A DNA stretch of 64,000 nt from Octopus vulgaris. Lineage: Eukaryota. The number at the start of each line of letters is the position of its first letter. Positions within the stretch are counted from its first letter, which is position 1. Shown one piece after another: positions 25,666 through 38,904 of this stretch. The stretch spans positions 84,754,001 through 84,818,000 of the forward strand of contig OX597817.1 in assembly GCA_951406725.2 (NCBI GenBank), read 5' to 3'. A program made the translations under genes and the position numbers. A model generated the notes under the pieces. It did not search any database and was not told where the DNA came from. It saw only the letters and a list, made by a program, of their open reading frames with translations.

Positions 25666-28561
25666 TTGTTATAATATAGATTTCAAATTTTAGCACAAGG
25701 CCAGCAAGTTCAAGGGAGGGGCTAAGTCAATTCAACTTGTACTTATTTTGTCAACCCCAAAAGGATGAAAGACAAAGTTGACCTCACTGGAATTTGAACT
25801 CAGAACAAAGATGGACAAAGTGCTGATAGGCATTTTGCCTGGCATGCTAATAATTCTGCCAGCTTGTTGCCTTTTTGCTTAAGGCTATGAATAATAACTC
25901 AGTATTTGTAGCTGATAATGTGCAATGAAGCAGGAAGACATATATTTTATGGTCCATTGACATTATCCATAGTCCAATGGATGTCTAACATGCATATTAT
26001 TTATAAGGAGAATTTTTTTCTTGAAACAATGTCTGTAGTGTATTTATTTCCATATCTGTGCATACACGAACATATTAAATATGATTGTACATACCTATAT
26101 TTCATTCAATGTTACTTAGTGCACCTCTAGTTAATTAATTCCAGTTTGACAAAGCTGGACACATCAGCAAATGTACTATTGCTGTTATGATATAAGAACA
26201 AGAAGTTCTTAGTGGATATGCATGAAAACTCGGTACTCATAGCAGACAAATGTGTAAAGGAGGCAGAAACACATGTCCTACAGTCTGATGACATCATGCA
26301 TAACACAATGGTGTATTTTGCACATATATAGTCAATAAGGAGAATTTTTTCCTCTTGAGTCAGTTTCTGCACTGTATATATTTCCATGTCCAAGTGTATG
26401 TGAACATGTTCAAAATGATTGCTCTCATTCAACACTGCTTAGTGCACCTCTAATTAGATATTAAATATTATAAAGTCTCACTGTGGGTTAAATATAAAAT
26501 ATAGATACATTCTTTCTATACAACTGATGCACAGAAAAAAAAAGAAAGAACATATCTCCTGAAATTATTCCATAAGTTAGTGACCACTCCTCAGAGCATG
26601 TACTAAATAATATACCATAGACCAACTATTATATAAAGAAATCTAAAATTTTGCTAGCATACAAGTGGTTAGACTAATTTGCATATTTTTGCTTTTGACA
26701 GTTTGTTATTGATCAAGAAATATTATTTTTATGCACAACACAGCATAAACCAGAAGAACCAGTTCTTGTAATTTAAGGTGTGTTGTGTATAAAGTAGATA
26801 TTATTTAAATAGAGTTACTTTCTGAAATTAGTGTAAAAGACTGGCAATGGCAGTGCATAGATAGAATTGGAAGCACATAAGACAAAATCATCATCATCGC
26901 CACCACCACCATGATCATTGTTTTACTTTCCACTTTCCCATGTTTGCATGGGTCAGACAGAGTTCATCAAGGCAGATTTTCTGCAGTCAAGTGGCAGGTT
27001 TTCAACAGCCCTTTCTAGTGCCAACCTTCACCTGTTTTGCTATGATTTCAGGGCGTAAATAGAGGGAGATTTGGCTATTATTTGTCATAAATTGAGAAGC
27101 CCTTATGCAAAGGGTATTTCATTAGTTTTTGCTTCAACTTGCTGATTGCTGTCGTCAGACAATTTACACTAGAATTAATGAATATTTCACTGGCTGGTAG
27201 TACTAAGTTCTATTCTTCTTACTTTTATGTTATCCAGGTAGAAACATTGTTTCTCATTTTCTTTAAGGCTATAAACTTTAGAAATAATCCCTTTGGATCA
27301 AGGTAGAGTCTCTATCAATCAGTGTTGGTCATGTATTTTTACACCTATATGTGCACGTCTAGGCAAGGTTTCACTTTCTGTAGGAGACAAGTAGATACCC
27401 ATGTATGCAAGTCTCCTCTTTCATCCAAGGTAAGTGTTTGACAAGTGATGTGACAGTCATTGCTGTCAGAACACTAAGAATCAGAAGAGATACTACAAAG
27501 CATCTTGTCTCATTCCTCTAACATTGCTGGTAATTCAATTTTCAAATAGGTATTTTTTTTTTTATCAACCTTGAAAGGATAAAAGGCAAAGTTGACTTTG
27601 GTCGGATTTAAGCTTAGAACATAGAAAGTCAGAACAAATACTGCTAGGCATACTATTCAATGTCCTAACAAATTTGCCAATTTTCCATCTTTGTGTATCA
27701 AGCATCAACTAATGAAAAGACAAAGCCCATCATACAGGAGCCTTAAATGTTGAATGTTAGAAAAATAACTTAGAAAGTACTTGCTAACATTAAAAGAAAG
27801 CATTAGCCATAAAGAAAGATTATGAATTAAAATAGAACAAAAAATACAAAAAAATTGGCAAAGGAATTTTTGTGCCGATTACCTAAATTGCAAAGTTATT
27901 GGAACAAAGGAAACTTTCCTTACACCAGAATATTAACTTACCCTTCTGAGCCAAGAAACAAAATAGAAATTAGGAAAGCTGCCAAGCCATTAGGTAGGTA
28001 AGTCAGCAGGTATGAAATGAGATAGTTCTGTTCCAGAATTTAAAGGATAAATTGCATACATTCATGTGTGTATGTGCACGTGCTCTATGAGTGTAGAAGC
28101 ATATATGAAACATGTATATAAATATGTAGCAAATGCAACAGGTAAGTCTGTTCACCATTTTAATGTTGAGCTGTTCCTATTCTTGAACAGTATATATAAA
28201 AGAAATATATTATAATCTCAGTGTCAAGAAGTAGGTTCTTTTATTTTTATCTTAAATCATCATCAATGTCATCATCAATGTCATCACCACTGCCATCATT
28301 GTCATCATCATGATCATCTTTTGGATATCCATTTTTCCATGTTTGCATGGATCAGACAAAATTCAGTGGAGTAGATATTTTTAAAGGCCAAACGCTCTTC
28401 CTGTCACCAACTCTCACCTCTTTCAAAGCAAGGTAATATTTCATCATGGCTAAGTGTGCTCTTCATGGAAGATTGGAAATGAAGGACACTGCTTGTATGA
28501 TGGTGATGCTTGCTTACAACAATCATGTGATATCAAGACAAAGCGAAACAAACACAGACAT

Positions 28562-28627
<66 letters not shown>

Positions 28628-29016
28628 GGGCTTCCTTTTTGTTTACCAAATTCACACACAAGGTGTTGTCAGGCTGGTGCTAAAGGAGAAGATAATTGTC
28701 CACATTGAGAGGTATATCAACAAAGACGTATAAACAGATCACAGAGTAAGAGTATAGTGATAAACATAAATCAAACCAAAACACACTCAGAGAAATAAAC
28801 AGATGAACAAATACACAAAATCAAAACAAAAGGAATTTAACATTAATTGCTATTAAATCATACAAGTTAAAATATCCATTAACAAGAAAAGTAGAATAGT
28901 TTTCTTTGGAAAATATGTTTCTACAGAAACATTATTAAGCTTCATTTTTGTATCTGGTTTGCAAGATTTTTTATGTGAATTCATGTTTTGAAACAAATTT
29001 TGTTGTTTCAATACAT

Positions 29017-29287
29017 GAGTCATTATACCAATATAATTAAATCAACACACACACTGGTTCAATTCCACTCCTATTCTTTATTATTAGTGAATTGGTTAAA
29101 ATATCCAGCTAATTTGTTTTGTTTTTGTTTGTCAAAGCTCTTCAGTTGTTACTAGCAACCTCTTCAATGACTATTGACTTCAAGAGAAAAACAAATTAGT
29201 TAGTTGGATATTTAAGCAATTGACTAATAATAAAGAAAAGGAGTGCAATTGAACCAGTGTGTGTTAATTATATTGGTATAATGACTC
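29017..29287. repeat. Fold-back element, about 100-bp arms, related to 10150-10350
   Basis: gagtcattataccaatataattaa...atatccagctaatttgtttt is mirrored; the spacer holds a degraded (C)UGAAGA-GGUUGC hammerhead-like remnant on minus. Confidence 0.8.
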
Positions 29288-29676
29288 TCCCTCGACACAA
29301 CAAACATTATTAAGGTTTTCAAGAAGTAGATGTTTTTGTTTGATTCTCACCATTGTTTATAACTGAGACAATATTGTAACTTGGCTTATTAGGAATGGTA
29401 ACTGAATCTCCATGGAATTATACCCAACTGATTTTTAAAAAAAAGGAAAAAAAACATAGAAGGATGTATTTTATGAAGTAGTGATCAAAGATATTGTCCA
29501 AAAGGATGGGGTGGTCATAACTTGAATGATTGTGATCATAGATTTGCTTGGTCAGAATTGACCTGGGGCTAGATAACAATCAGTGGCAGAGCTCCTATGT
29601 AGCTTCTGGATCTATTACAAATTCCAGTGAAATCTCCTTCAAATATGCACACACACACACACATTTATATATACAT

Positions 29677-29890
29677 GTGGGGAGAAGCTGAAATGTTCCT
29701 GGCTTTGGGTAAAAGAAAATGCAGGAGAATCAATTAATTACGATTTTACATATTCCCCTCTCAGATTCACAGGCTTATTGCGGTGGTCCCTTAGTTTTTC
29801 TAAGCCCTGTAAAAGAACTCGGAAGTTTGGGCCTCCAACCAGGCCTTTCGGGATGCCCTTAAAGCCAGCAACTTTTCAGCACCCTTTGTG
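29677..29890. mobile_element. Tc1/mariner-type MITE
   Basis: Degenerate TIRs gctgaaatgttcctggcttt / aaagccagcaacttttcagc. Confidence 0.6.
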
Positions 29891-30145
29891 TATATACACA
29901 GACACACACACATAAATATAGATAGATAGATCAATATAAATACACACAACACATACAGATGTATATTTATATAAAATAAATATCTGGCATATGCAGGTGC
30001 TTACACTTATCAAGTATTCACCCTAAATTTACAGTACCTACTTGATGTATATTTATATATAGACATTTATATAAACATATATTCACATGTATGTATATAC
30101 ATGCACACACATACATATATATATATGTGTATTTATACATATATA

Positions 30146-30201
<56 letters not shown>

Positions 30202-30207
<6 letters not shown>

Positions 30208-30772
30208 GTTCGTTATAGGCATGTATAAGATAAAATCTGATATAAAACACTACTAACAATTATAAAGATGGAGAAGAGATGTTAAACATCCAAATTATAA
30301 TTTAATTTCCACATATGACCATTTCAAATGGCAATACAAACATGTAAAAAAAAAACATTAATTATAATAATAATAATTAAAATAGTTATGCATTACCATT
30401 CTCGTCAGTGTAAAAAATTAAAGGGAAACATCAAAAAAAGTATTACCAAAAATAATTTAGAAGAAAAAACAAAGATGTTTTCCTTCAATTTTTTACACTG
30501 ATGAGAATGGTAATACAAACTGGTAATATAATTTTTTACACTGAGAATTATAACACAATTTTTTACACTGATGAGAATGGTAATACAAACTATTTAAATT
30601 ATAATTATTATAATTAATGTTTTTTCTTACATGTTTGTATTGCTATTTGAAACGGTTGTATGTGGAAATTAAATTCTAATTTGAACTTTTAACATCTCTT
30701 CTCCATTTTTATAATTGTTAGTAGTGTTTTATATAAGATTTTATCCTATACATGCCTATAACGAACTTTTTA
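30202..30772. repeat. About 570-bp fold-back element with hammerheads in both arms
   Basis: About 230-bp arms; the right arm has tandem re-duplications of ttttacactgatgagaatggtaatacaaac. Confidence 0.9.
30564..30664 (+). ncRNA. Intact-core minimal type-I hammerhead ribozyme with 16-bp stem II; mirror copy 30310-30412 on minus
   Basis: UACA-CUGAUGA-GAAUGGUAAUACAAAC-(AU loop)-GUUUGUAUUGCUAUUU-GAAAC-GGUU-GUA-UGUG. Confidence 0.8.
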
Positions 30773-30898
30773 CTTGTTATTTTCATATTTTAATTGCTTG
30801 CTTTAGCAGGCTATCATTTTGATATGATGAATATTTATTAGAAATATTTCTTTCTGGACTCCCCCAGAAGTTTCAATTGTTCTACTTGAACTTATTCT

Positions 30899-30935
<37 letters not shown>

Positions 30936-32999
30936 ATATATATACACACACACACACACACATGTATATATACAGTCAGACAGACTGACATATATAGACA
31001 CAAACATAATACACCCATGCCACACACACTTATAAAGAGAGGAAATAGGAAGTTGCTATGTTCATGATCATCACAATTTTATTAGTGCCATTATTATGTC
31101 ACTTGAAATTTCTACTGAGAATTCTTCTTTACATGGCATTTCAGTGACGAAAGCTATATTCATTGAAATGCTATGTGAAGAATTCTTGGTCAGTACCAGT
31201 TTTTAATTAATGGTTGCATAGATATAAACATTAAATTTCAAGAATATGAGTTAAGGAGAGAGTTCTTAATAGCATCACTTTAACTGCTAGAAATAGCAAT
31301 CAAATATGTCTTAGATCACACTGTAGCATCTTAAAAAAACATAAAGGATACATTGAAGAATATTGTTCATGTCAGAGCATAAGAAAAAAAGTGAGCGAGT
31401 GACATGTCTTTGGGTGTAAGTCTAGTGAGTGGGTTAAACCATTCATATATATATATATTGGCACTTATCAAAATAGTCACTCTGTTAATTCTCTTAAATA
31501 TCACTAAAAATATAAACATACACATATCTACACACCCCACACACACATGCAGATATATACTATATATATATGATGGTTTCCTTCAGATTTCGACTATCAG
31601 ATCCACTCACAAAGCTTTGGTCTTCATGCATGCATGTATGTATGTATGTATGTACGTACGTACGTATGTATGTATGTATGCATGCACATACGTACGTATG
31701 TATGTATGTATAAGTATATGGGCACACATATATAAGCACACTACTGTGCATAATTATTGCGTCTACAAAAATAATTGGTATTATATTAAAATACTCAAAG
31801 ATATATATAAGTATTCATATGATGACTTGGTGTTTTAAAACTTTGCAAAAAGACATTATGGAATGTGTGGAAATATATAAGATTTCTATATTTTACATTT
31901 AATTTTAGTTTGCAAAACTATGGTAAAATTTTGGGATATTTCTGTAAAAAAATTGGGTGGTGCTGTATGAAGAAGGAGGAAAATGAAGAGTAAGGGTAGG
32001 AGGGGAAAAGGAGAATGGAAAGGAGAAAGGAAAGGAGAAAGGAGAGGAGGAGGAGGAGGAGGAGAAGAAGAAGAAGAAGAAGAAGAAGAAGCATTGAATC
32101 AGTTACCAAGGTAATATGAAGTTGATACAAGTTGTAAGAATCCATGGAAAAAATTAACAAAAAAGGAAAAAAAAATAACAAACAAAAACAATAACTATGT
32201 AATGTGTAGTGTCACAAAATGGGATACATCAGGTAGAAAGTATTTGAAGAATGCAAGACAAGAAAGAATTCAGTTACAAAACTTTCAAATGCATTCTTGA
32301 CTTGTAGCTTAACATACTTAAAGAAGAATCTGGAATTGTCGTAATTATAACACAATTATTAGTCATCACTTGGTTGAAATGGAACTAGGCAATTAAACTG
32401 CAAGAAGGTAAAAAATAAAAAAAATAAAATAAAATAAAGCAAATGGATTATTTTTGCCATTAATAATTGGATGAACTTTCAGAACAGCTGTCATAATTAA
32501 AATGAAATCGTGACAGCTATTAAAAAAGTCCACAAATAATTGTCTCTTGTTTATGTATAAGATCAACAGTTTTGAGGGAAGGATTGAGCAGGGGTTAATC
32601 TTGACTGATACCTTATTTCATTGACTCTGAAAGGGGTGAAAGGTAAATCTCACCTTGGCAGAATTTGAGCTCAGAACATAAAGAGCTGGTCTTCCTGTCG
32701 TTAATAATTGTTTCAAATTTTGGCATAAAAGCCAGAAATTTTAGAGGGAGATGGGACTAGTTGATCACATCAACCTGACTGCTACATTCTTTTATTGACC
32801 ATAAAAGGATGAAAACCAACGTTGACCTCAGCAGGATTTGAATTTAGAATATAAAGAAAGAGCCAGTAAAAATGCTGGCAAGCATCTTACTTGATATACT
32901 AGCAATTCAACCAGCTTTCCACCCTACTAATACCACTTTCTTTATTTACCGCCAAAAAAAACATTGAGGACAATACAGTACAATGTGGGATTACATAGA

Positions 33000-33730
33000 G
33001 AGGTGTGTAAACAGTGAAAATTATAAAATAAATTTTAAAAATGAAAAATTCCCCAAAAAATGGGAGACTTCCTAGGGCTGCTTGTGAAGACACCACAAAA
33101 CCACAGTTGCTCTGATCATTAGAACAAGCACCCTCTCCACATTGTCTGCCTTCAACCTACAGGTATATGCTTAGAGTAGGTCTGCTTACACAGACCATTC
33201 TTGCCACATTCACCTACCTTTCAATAAAATTGCTGGGAGGCAGCACTTCCCTCTTTATCTTCACCTTCCTTTTCAAGTGAAACTTGGAAAAGTTGATGTG
33301 ACTTGGCCAAAAAGGAAAGTATCTATCTTTCAATCTGGTCCACCACACAACCTCTTTCACTAAGGCCACCAGACAAATAGACACTGCCTGCCCTTCCCAG
33401 CCAAAGGAAGGCATTGGAATGATCTTCATAATGGACTCAACTGATAGCCAGATCTGTCCTAAATTTGACAGCAGGTGTTCAACATAAACTGGTAAGTCAG
33501 CAAAGCTCAAGCACTCTACATGCATCTTTGCCCAACCTTTCAGAGACAACTTTCTCTCAGGCCATTTCTGAGATTGGCCACCCTGCCCATTAGCTTGTCC
33601 CAGTACTTCTCCACTTGGAGATCAGTACCAAACCAGACCTGAGCAATTTAACAGATCCTTTCGCCTACTGTCCCATATACATTAGAAGTGGCTCTCTGTC
33701 ATTCCATGATGATGAGTCACTTGCCCGATA
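33000..33730 (-). mobile_element. L1/Tx1-like LINE ORF2 fragment
   Basis: Same family as 55700-56370 (ggtttggtactgatctccaagtggagaagtactggga; ERKLSLKGWAK). Confidence 0.7.
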
Positions 33731-34579
33731 ACTGATTACCTGTTTCTGAATTAATATGTAAATAGTTGAGTACTCCACAGTTACATGTACCCTTAACATA
33801 ATTCTCAAACAGGATCAACCACTCACAGTGTGTAACAAGGCTGTACCTTTGAAATATTGGTATAATCCATCTGACAGACTTTCACACAGTTTCTGTCAGC
33901 CTAATTTCACACACAGGATATGAGACAATCTGAGATAATCAGAAATGACATTTGCTCAATTGTCCATGTAGTAGAATCAGTTTCTGGAGCCCACAGTTGC
34001 AAAGCAAACTCTTAACCATTTAGCCAAACAGTGTTTACATATCTAAGTTAAATGTGTATGTGAGGAAAGATGGCAAATTGGCAGAATCATTAGCATGCGA
34101 AGCAAAATGCTTAGTGACATTTCATCCATCTTTATGATCTGAATTCAAATTCCGCCAAGGTCAACTTTACTTTTCTTCCTTTTGAAGTTGATAAAAAAAA
34201 TGTACCAGTTGAGAACTAGGGTGGATGTAATTGACTTACCCACCTCATCCAAAATTGCTGGCCTTGTGCCAAAATTTGAAACCTATATGTGTGGGTGAGA
34301 AGTAGTTCTGAAGAGTAATATGGAAAGATGAAGAAAACAATGCATAACAAAAACAAAAAAAAATCAAAGGGATACAAAATCGATTAAAGAAATAGTATTG
34401 AAGAGTTCCAGTCAATCATATCAAAACTATATATTTTATTTTATGTCTGAGCACTGCAAAGTCTCTGAACCTAAACACAGACAATATGTTCCATTTTCAA
34501 AAAGCAATGTTCTAACCATGTTAACTTTGAAACTATTGCACTCATTTCCAATAATAATCATTAACAATGATGGTTGCCA

Positions 34580-35090
34580 ACAACTTGGATCTGTCTCTTT
34601 TGCCCTTCACATCCATCATTATGGTTTTGGTAAAGCCAGATCCACTAGTGACCTACTGTCCTGCATCATCTACCAGTGGGCTCTCACCTTTGAGACATTT
34701 GGTGAAAATAACGTAGATGCCCTTGACATCAGCAAAGTTTTTGACCCATCTGGCATGCAGTATACAGGCTCCTTCTGTTCCTCTATGTCCAGCATTCGCT
34801 TTCATCATCCACTCTCTTCTATATGTTAATGATTTACCTGCTACCACTTCCAACAACACTCACTCTCATGCCATCTGTACAATGATACTACCCTTCATAC
34901 TTCCCAAGCATTTCCCAACCAGGCATCATCCACTAGCAGTAGACACCACCCACCAAACTTGCACTGACTCCATGAACAGAAACTCTTAAAATATCCTTCA
35001 ATAGTGATTTGATAATCATGTCACTTTCAGCAGTAAGGAAACATAAATGTTACTCATATGAAAACATCATTGTACCCCACTACACACACT
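34580..35090 (+). mobile_element. Old Jockey/CR1-group LINE RT fragment
   Basis: HYGFGKARSTSDLL...ALDISKVFD...LLYVNDL. Confidence 0.7.
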
Positions 35091-35424
35091 TAAACATAGA
35101 AATTGGTTGAAACAGTTCCAACTAATCTTCTTCCCTGATGAAGTAACTGTAACAGTTGTTGTAGTTATTACACAAGCCATCTCCAGTTGTACTGTTATAA
35201 GGAAGATATACCTAATTCTAGCTATTTTAAGTGCTGAATTCAGCTATATGTTACTTCTACATACATAGCTGAATAGTAGATCACTCAGTACAGATACACT
35301 CACAATAAAATTTGCACCTTTTCTGAGCAAAGAACACAGATGTTTCACAAAAATTTTAGTAGCATTGTAAGCTAGTCATTCATTGCTTGTTTGGTTCTTA
35401 TTGCAAGGGGAAAATAACACTTAT

Positions 35425-35805
35425 TCTTTTACTTGTTTCAGTCATTTGACTGCGGCCATACTGGAGCACTGCCTTCAGTTGAACAAATCGACCCCAGGAC
35501 TTATTCTTTGTAAGCCTAGTACTTATTCTATCGGTCTTTTTTGCCAAACTGCTAAGTTACAGGGATGTAAACACACCAACAACAGTTGTCAAGCGATGGT
35601 GTGGGGACAAACTCAGACACACACAAATATATACATATATATACACAATGAGCTTCTTCCTGTTTCTGTCTACCAAATCCACTCACAAGGCTTTGGTCAG
35701 CCCGAGGCTATTGTAGAAGACACTTGCCCAAGGTGCCACACAGTGGTACTGAACCTGGAACCATGTAGTTGTAAAGTAAGCTTCTTACCACACAGCCATG
35801 CCTGC
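35425..35805 (-). mobile_element. tRNA-derived SINE, near full length
   Basis: Head gcaggcatggctgtgtggtaagaagct..ggttccaggttcagt; internal microsatellite; other copies at 48200-48362(-), 59160-59525(+), 17180-17320(-). Confidence 0.8.
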
Positions 35806-36116
35806 ACCAAGAATTAATTTCACTTTTCTCTTAGTGAAATGAATTAAATAAATAAATAAATAAATAAATTTATTAATCCAATTTACATCGAATATGTAAA
35901 TATTACAAAAGATTTTTGTTCAGAAATTGCATAAAAAAATTGCATATAAACTTTATATATTTAAGTAATTTCATTTTTCTTCCTAGAATAAAGTCTTTAG
36001 CATTCATAGGTAGAAGACACTATTTCAGTTTTCTTCAAGACCATATATAATACATATATATGTGTATATACGTATGTATGTATGTATAAATATATATATA
36101 TATATATATAAAAGAC

Positions 36117-36439
36117 CCCCTTCGGTCATGAATGACCATGGGATTGCACCTAGAAAGTTACCCTCCTAGACACAAGTCCGGGCAAGGTTGTTTATGGAAG
36201 ACCAGCAGTCGCCCATGCATACCAGCCTCTCCTCTCCACACCACCAGTGTTATCCAAGGGAAAGACAAAGGTCGATACAGCTTGGCACCAGTGACGTCGC
36301 AACTCATTTCTACAGCTGAGTGAACTGGAGCAACGTGAAATAAAGTGCCTTGCTCAAGAACACAACACGCAGCCCGGTCCGGGATTCGAGCTCACAACCT
36401 CACGATCGTAAGCTCGACGCTCTAACCACTGAGCCATGC
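36117..36439 (-). mobile_element. Young tRNA-derived SINE
   Basis: A box TGGCTCAGTGG, B-box-like GAGCTCGAATCC, CpG-rich, CORE-like ttcttgagcaaggcacttt. Confidence 0.85.
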
Positions 36440-36528
36440 AGGGAAAGTTTACGAAAATAAACAAAAGATAAACAAAAGGTGTACAAACAAACAGATGTAT
36501 TAGTATAGCGCTCAGGAATAGAAAAAGC

Positions 36529-36564
36529 CTTTTATGTTTCGAGCCTACGCTCTTCTACAGAAAG
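36529..36564 (-). ncRNA. Minimal hammerhead-like motif (A6U variant)
   Basis: CUUU-CUGUAGA-A-GAGC-GUAG-GCUC-GAAAC-AUA-AAAG. Confidence 0.55.
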
Positions 36565-36617
36565 ATACACAGAAAAAAACAAGGAGAGGAAAAAATGTGT
36601 GTAGTAGCTTATATATA

Positions 36618-37450
36618 TATTGTTATATTTTGGGATGGTCTTTTTTTTTTTCCAAATAAACACATGCACTATATACTAGTTCATCACTTCAGATTTATTA
36701 TTGTTCTTATTTCAGTGTCCTTTATTTTAAATCTTTTGTCACATGTCCTGTGACCTCTCCAGTGACTCTCCATCCCATATATCTCCTCCTGTCCTGTCTA
36801 GTCCATTCTGGCTTTCTATGGTGTGTATCCTTATCTGCACATGTGTTTTCATCTTTCATCTGTATCTGTGTGTGTGCATGTCTACATATATTGTATGTGT
36901 GCTTTGTGTGTGTGTATATGGATCTGCTTACTATACTGTTTGTACCCATGTCCTTTATTTACTTTATTTTTATTCATTTATTTACTGATTATTTCTCTAT
37001 TTTTTTTTTCTCATTCCATCATAATTATGTGTATGTGAGTCTTGGTGTGTATCTGGGTTTATGTATCATACTGTTCGTATCTGTGTCTTTTTCCCCCATT
37101 GCTTTTAGTTGTCATGTTCCATAGTGTAGTGGAGAGGTATTATTGTTCTATTTATGTTTTCTGTCGAAGCTTGGTTTGACTACTACTATGTGTGAGGCCT
37201 TTGTAATCTGTTCTATGTTATTAACGAAGCCCCCATGTTCTAATTGAGCATGTTGTTAAAGCATTGATGAGCTTTTCACTTCTTTGCGCTCCTGTCAGTG
37301 TTCACCTATCTGCTTCCCTATGCTATGTGCTGTCTCCACAATGTATGTTGTTGTTTTATTTCTGCACCATCCCTCAGTACACTGTATGTCATAGACTATA
37401 TTCCTATCTTACAGTTAACCTGTGGGTTTATCCTACATACCATACAGTTG
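36618..37450 (-). mobile_element. Penelope-like 3' remnant, family of the 4762 palindrome
   Basis: Shares the ttatattt..gatggtc..aataaacacatgcactatata terminus and CUGGAGA-G-GUCAC...GUGAC-AAAA (36733-36766). Confidence 0.5.
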
Positions 37451-37479
37451 TTATTCATACATGGGGGCCTTTTAACAAC

Positions 37480-38130
37480 TATTTAATACCTCTCAACATC
37501 ACTTCTCTACTACAGCCCATGGATCAAGTGATACCAAATTTCAAAAGAAGGAATATATGCTGCAGGACCTGTTTTAAACAACTTTTTCTGGTGGAATGAT
37601 GTTGAAAGAGTTATGGAGGAAACATTTTGCCACTGTAGATTTGGTACGTATAATACTGAAATCATGGAGGGAACTTTGTTCTAAATGCCTGATCCCCTGT
37701 TGGAAAGTATGTGTGGCCTGGTGTGTGTGAGAGCTTGTAGTCAAGGAAATTGTATTTTTCGACAAATCTATGTGAAGAAGTCATATATAACTTGGTTGGG
37801 GAGCATAAAAGAGAAGTGTCTATCAATGACTTGAAAGAGTTCAGTGAGGAGAAGATAGAATCCATGTAATGACTATTGAACTATGAGGATCAAACAATAA
37901 AATTAAATGAAAAAAATAACAAAAAAGCAACAACATATCAGGAGAGGTGAAGAAGGATTTTGACTTTGGCATGAGCTCAAAGAATTATAGGAATGCATCA
38001 CTTTATCTTAAAGTAAAGTTCAGTTAGATATGGACTGCTTTTCTTGGATAAAATATTACTATACTTTTTGATTGTCCAAAAGATTAGGCTGTAGCAATCT
38101 ACTCTGGTAATTTTCTTTATGAAAAGTTTT
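37480..38130 (+). mobile_element. pogo/Tigger DDE transposase remnant
   Basis: IPLNITSLLQPMDQVIPNFK resembles the pogo-family LPPNTTSLIQPMDQGVI..FK motif. Confidence 0.65.
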
Positions 38131-38554
38131 ACCCAAGAACCTTCAGTAACATGAGATCCAGATGATTCTCCTGTGAAATATAGTAGTTCTCTTAAGAAAT
38201 TTGGAAGCTATGAATTCTCATCTCAGCACACACACATGCACGTATTGTATATACAGCAAGAAAGAGAGGTAGGAAGAAGGAAACACATGAGTAACACCGA
38301 AGACCATGACTGTGAGTGTTTGTGCATATATCATAAACACATATACATAGGCACTTTTCTTTGAGTTCACAAAGAGACAACAAAATGCAGTCAATAAATT
38401 GTGTAAAGTACATATCGTCTTTACAATGATAAATGTTATACACAAATCTTGAGATCTCTGAGCAAATAGTTGACAAAAGTTACAAAATGACTCAAGTGCT
38501 GTGCAGGAAACTCGGATCTTGAGTCACTTTGTAACTTCTATTAATTAAAAATAA

Positions 38555-38588
<34 letters not shown>

Positions 38589-38589
38589 A

Positions 38590-38627
38590 ATGAAGTCTGT
38601 GCACCCACAGGTGAAACTCAGAGTAGC
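38590..38627 (+). ncRNA. 5'-truncated hammerhead motif
   Basis: (..AUGA)-A-GUCUGUG-CACC-CACAGGU-GAAAC-UCAGA-GUA; the same GAAACUCAGAGUA occurs at about 49784. Confidence 0.45.
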
Positions 38628-38759
38628 AAGAAACTGATTCGACTAAAATAAAATATTATTTTTTACTATGGTATCGAATCTTCTTTTCTCTGACTGTTAC
38701 TACTTTATACACACATATATTATCTGAAATGTATAGTATTAAATATCCATCACGGCTGG

Positions 38760-38838
38760 TCTTACCAATCGGTTTCATGTAAAGAATGCAATGGAGTGTT
38801 AGATAACACTAGTTAAATAATTTTACGCTCATCAGAGT
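38760..38838 (-). ncRNA. Intact-core hammerhead motif 3' of the Penelope-like RT
   Basis: CU-CUGAUGA-GCGUAAA...UUUACAU-GAAAC-CGAUUG-GUA-AG. Confidence 0.7.
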
Positions 38839-38904
38839 TAGCTGATATGGAAAGGAATATGGCGACTGCTCTCTATTGTCAGAGATGGATTAGCACCTTT
38901 TTTT

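Noticed and set aside
35135-35169. CUGAUGA followed by a 12-bp hairpin
   Set aside because: No GAAA or stem III follows; at most a relic, not counted as a hammerhead.
1269-38838. Idea that sense-oriented intragenic hammerheads are selectively inactivated
   Set aside because: Sense copies at 30310 and 38760 keep intact cores, and G12A is explained by CpG decay; the sample is too small.
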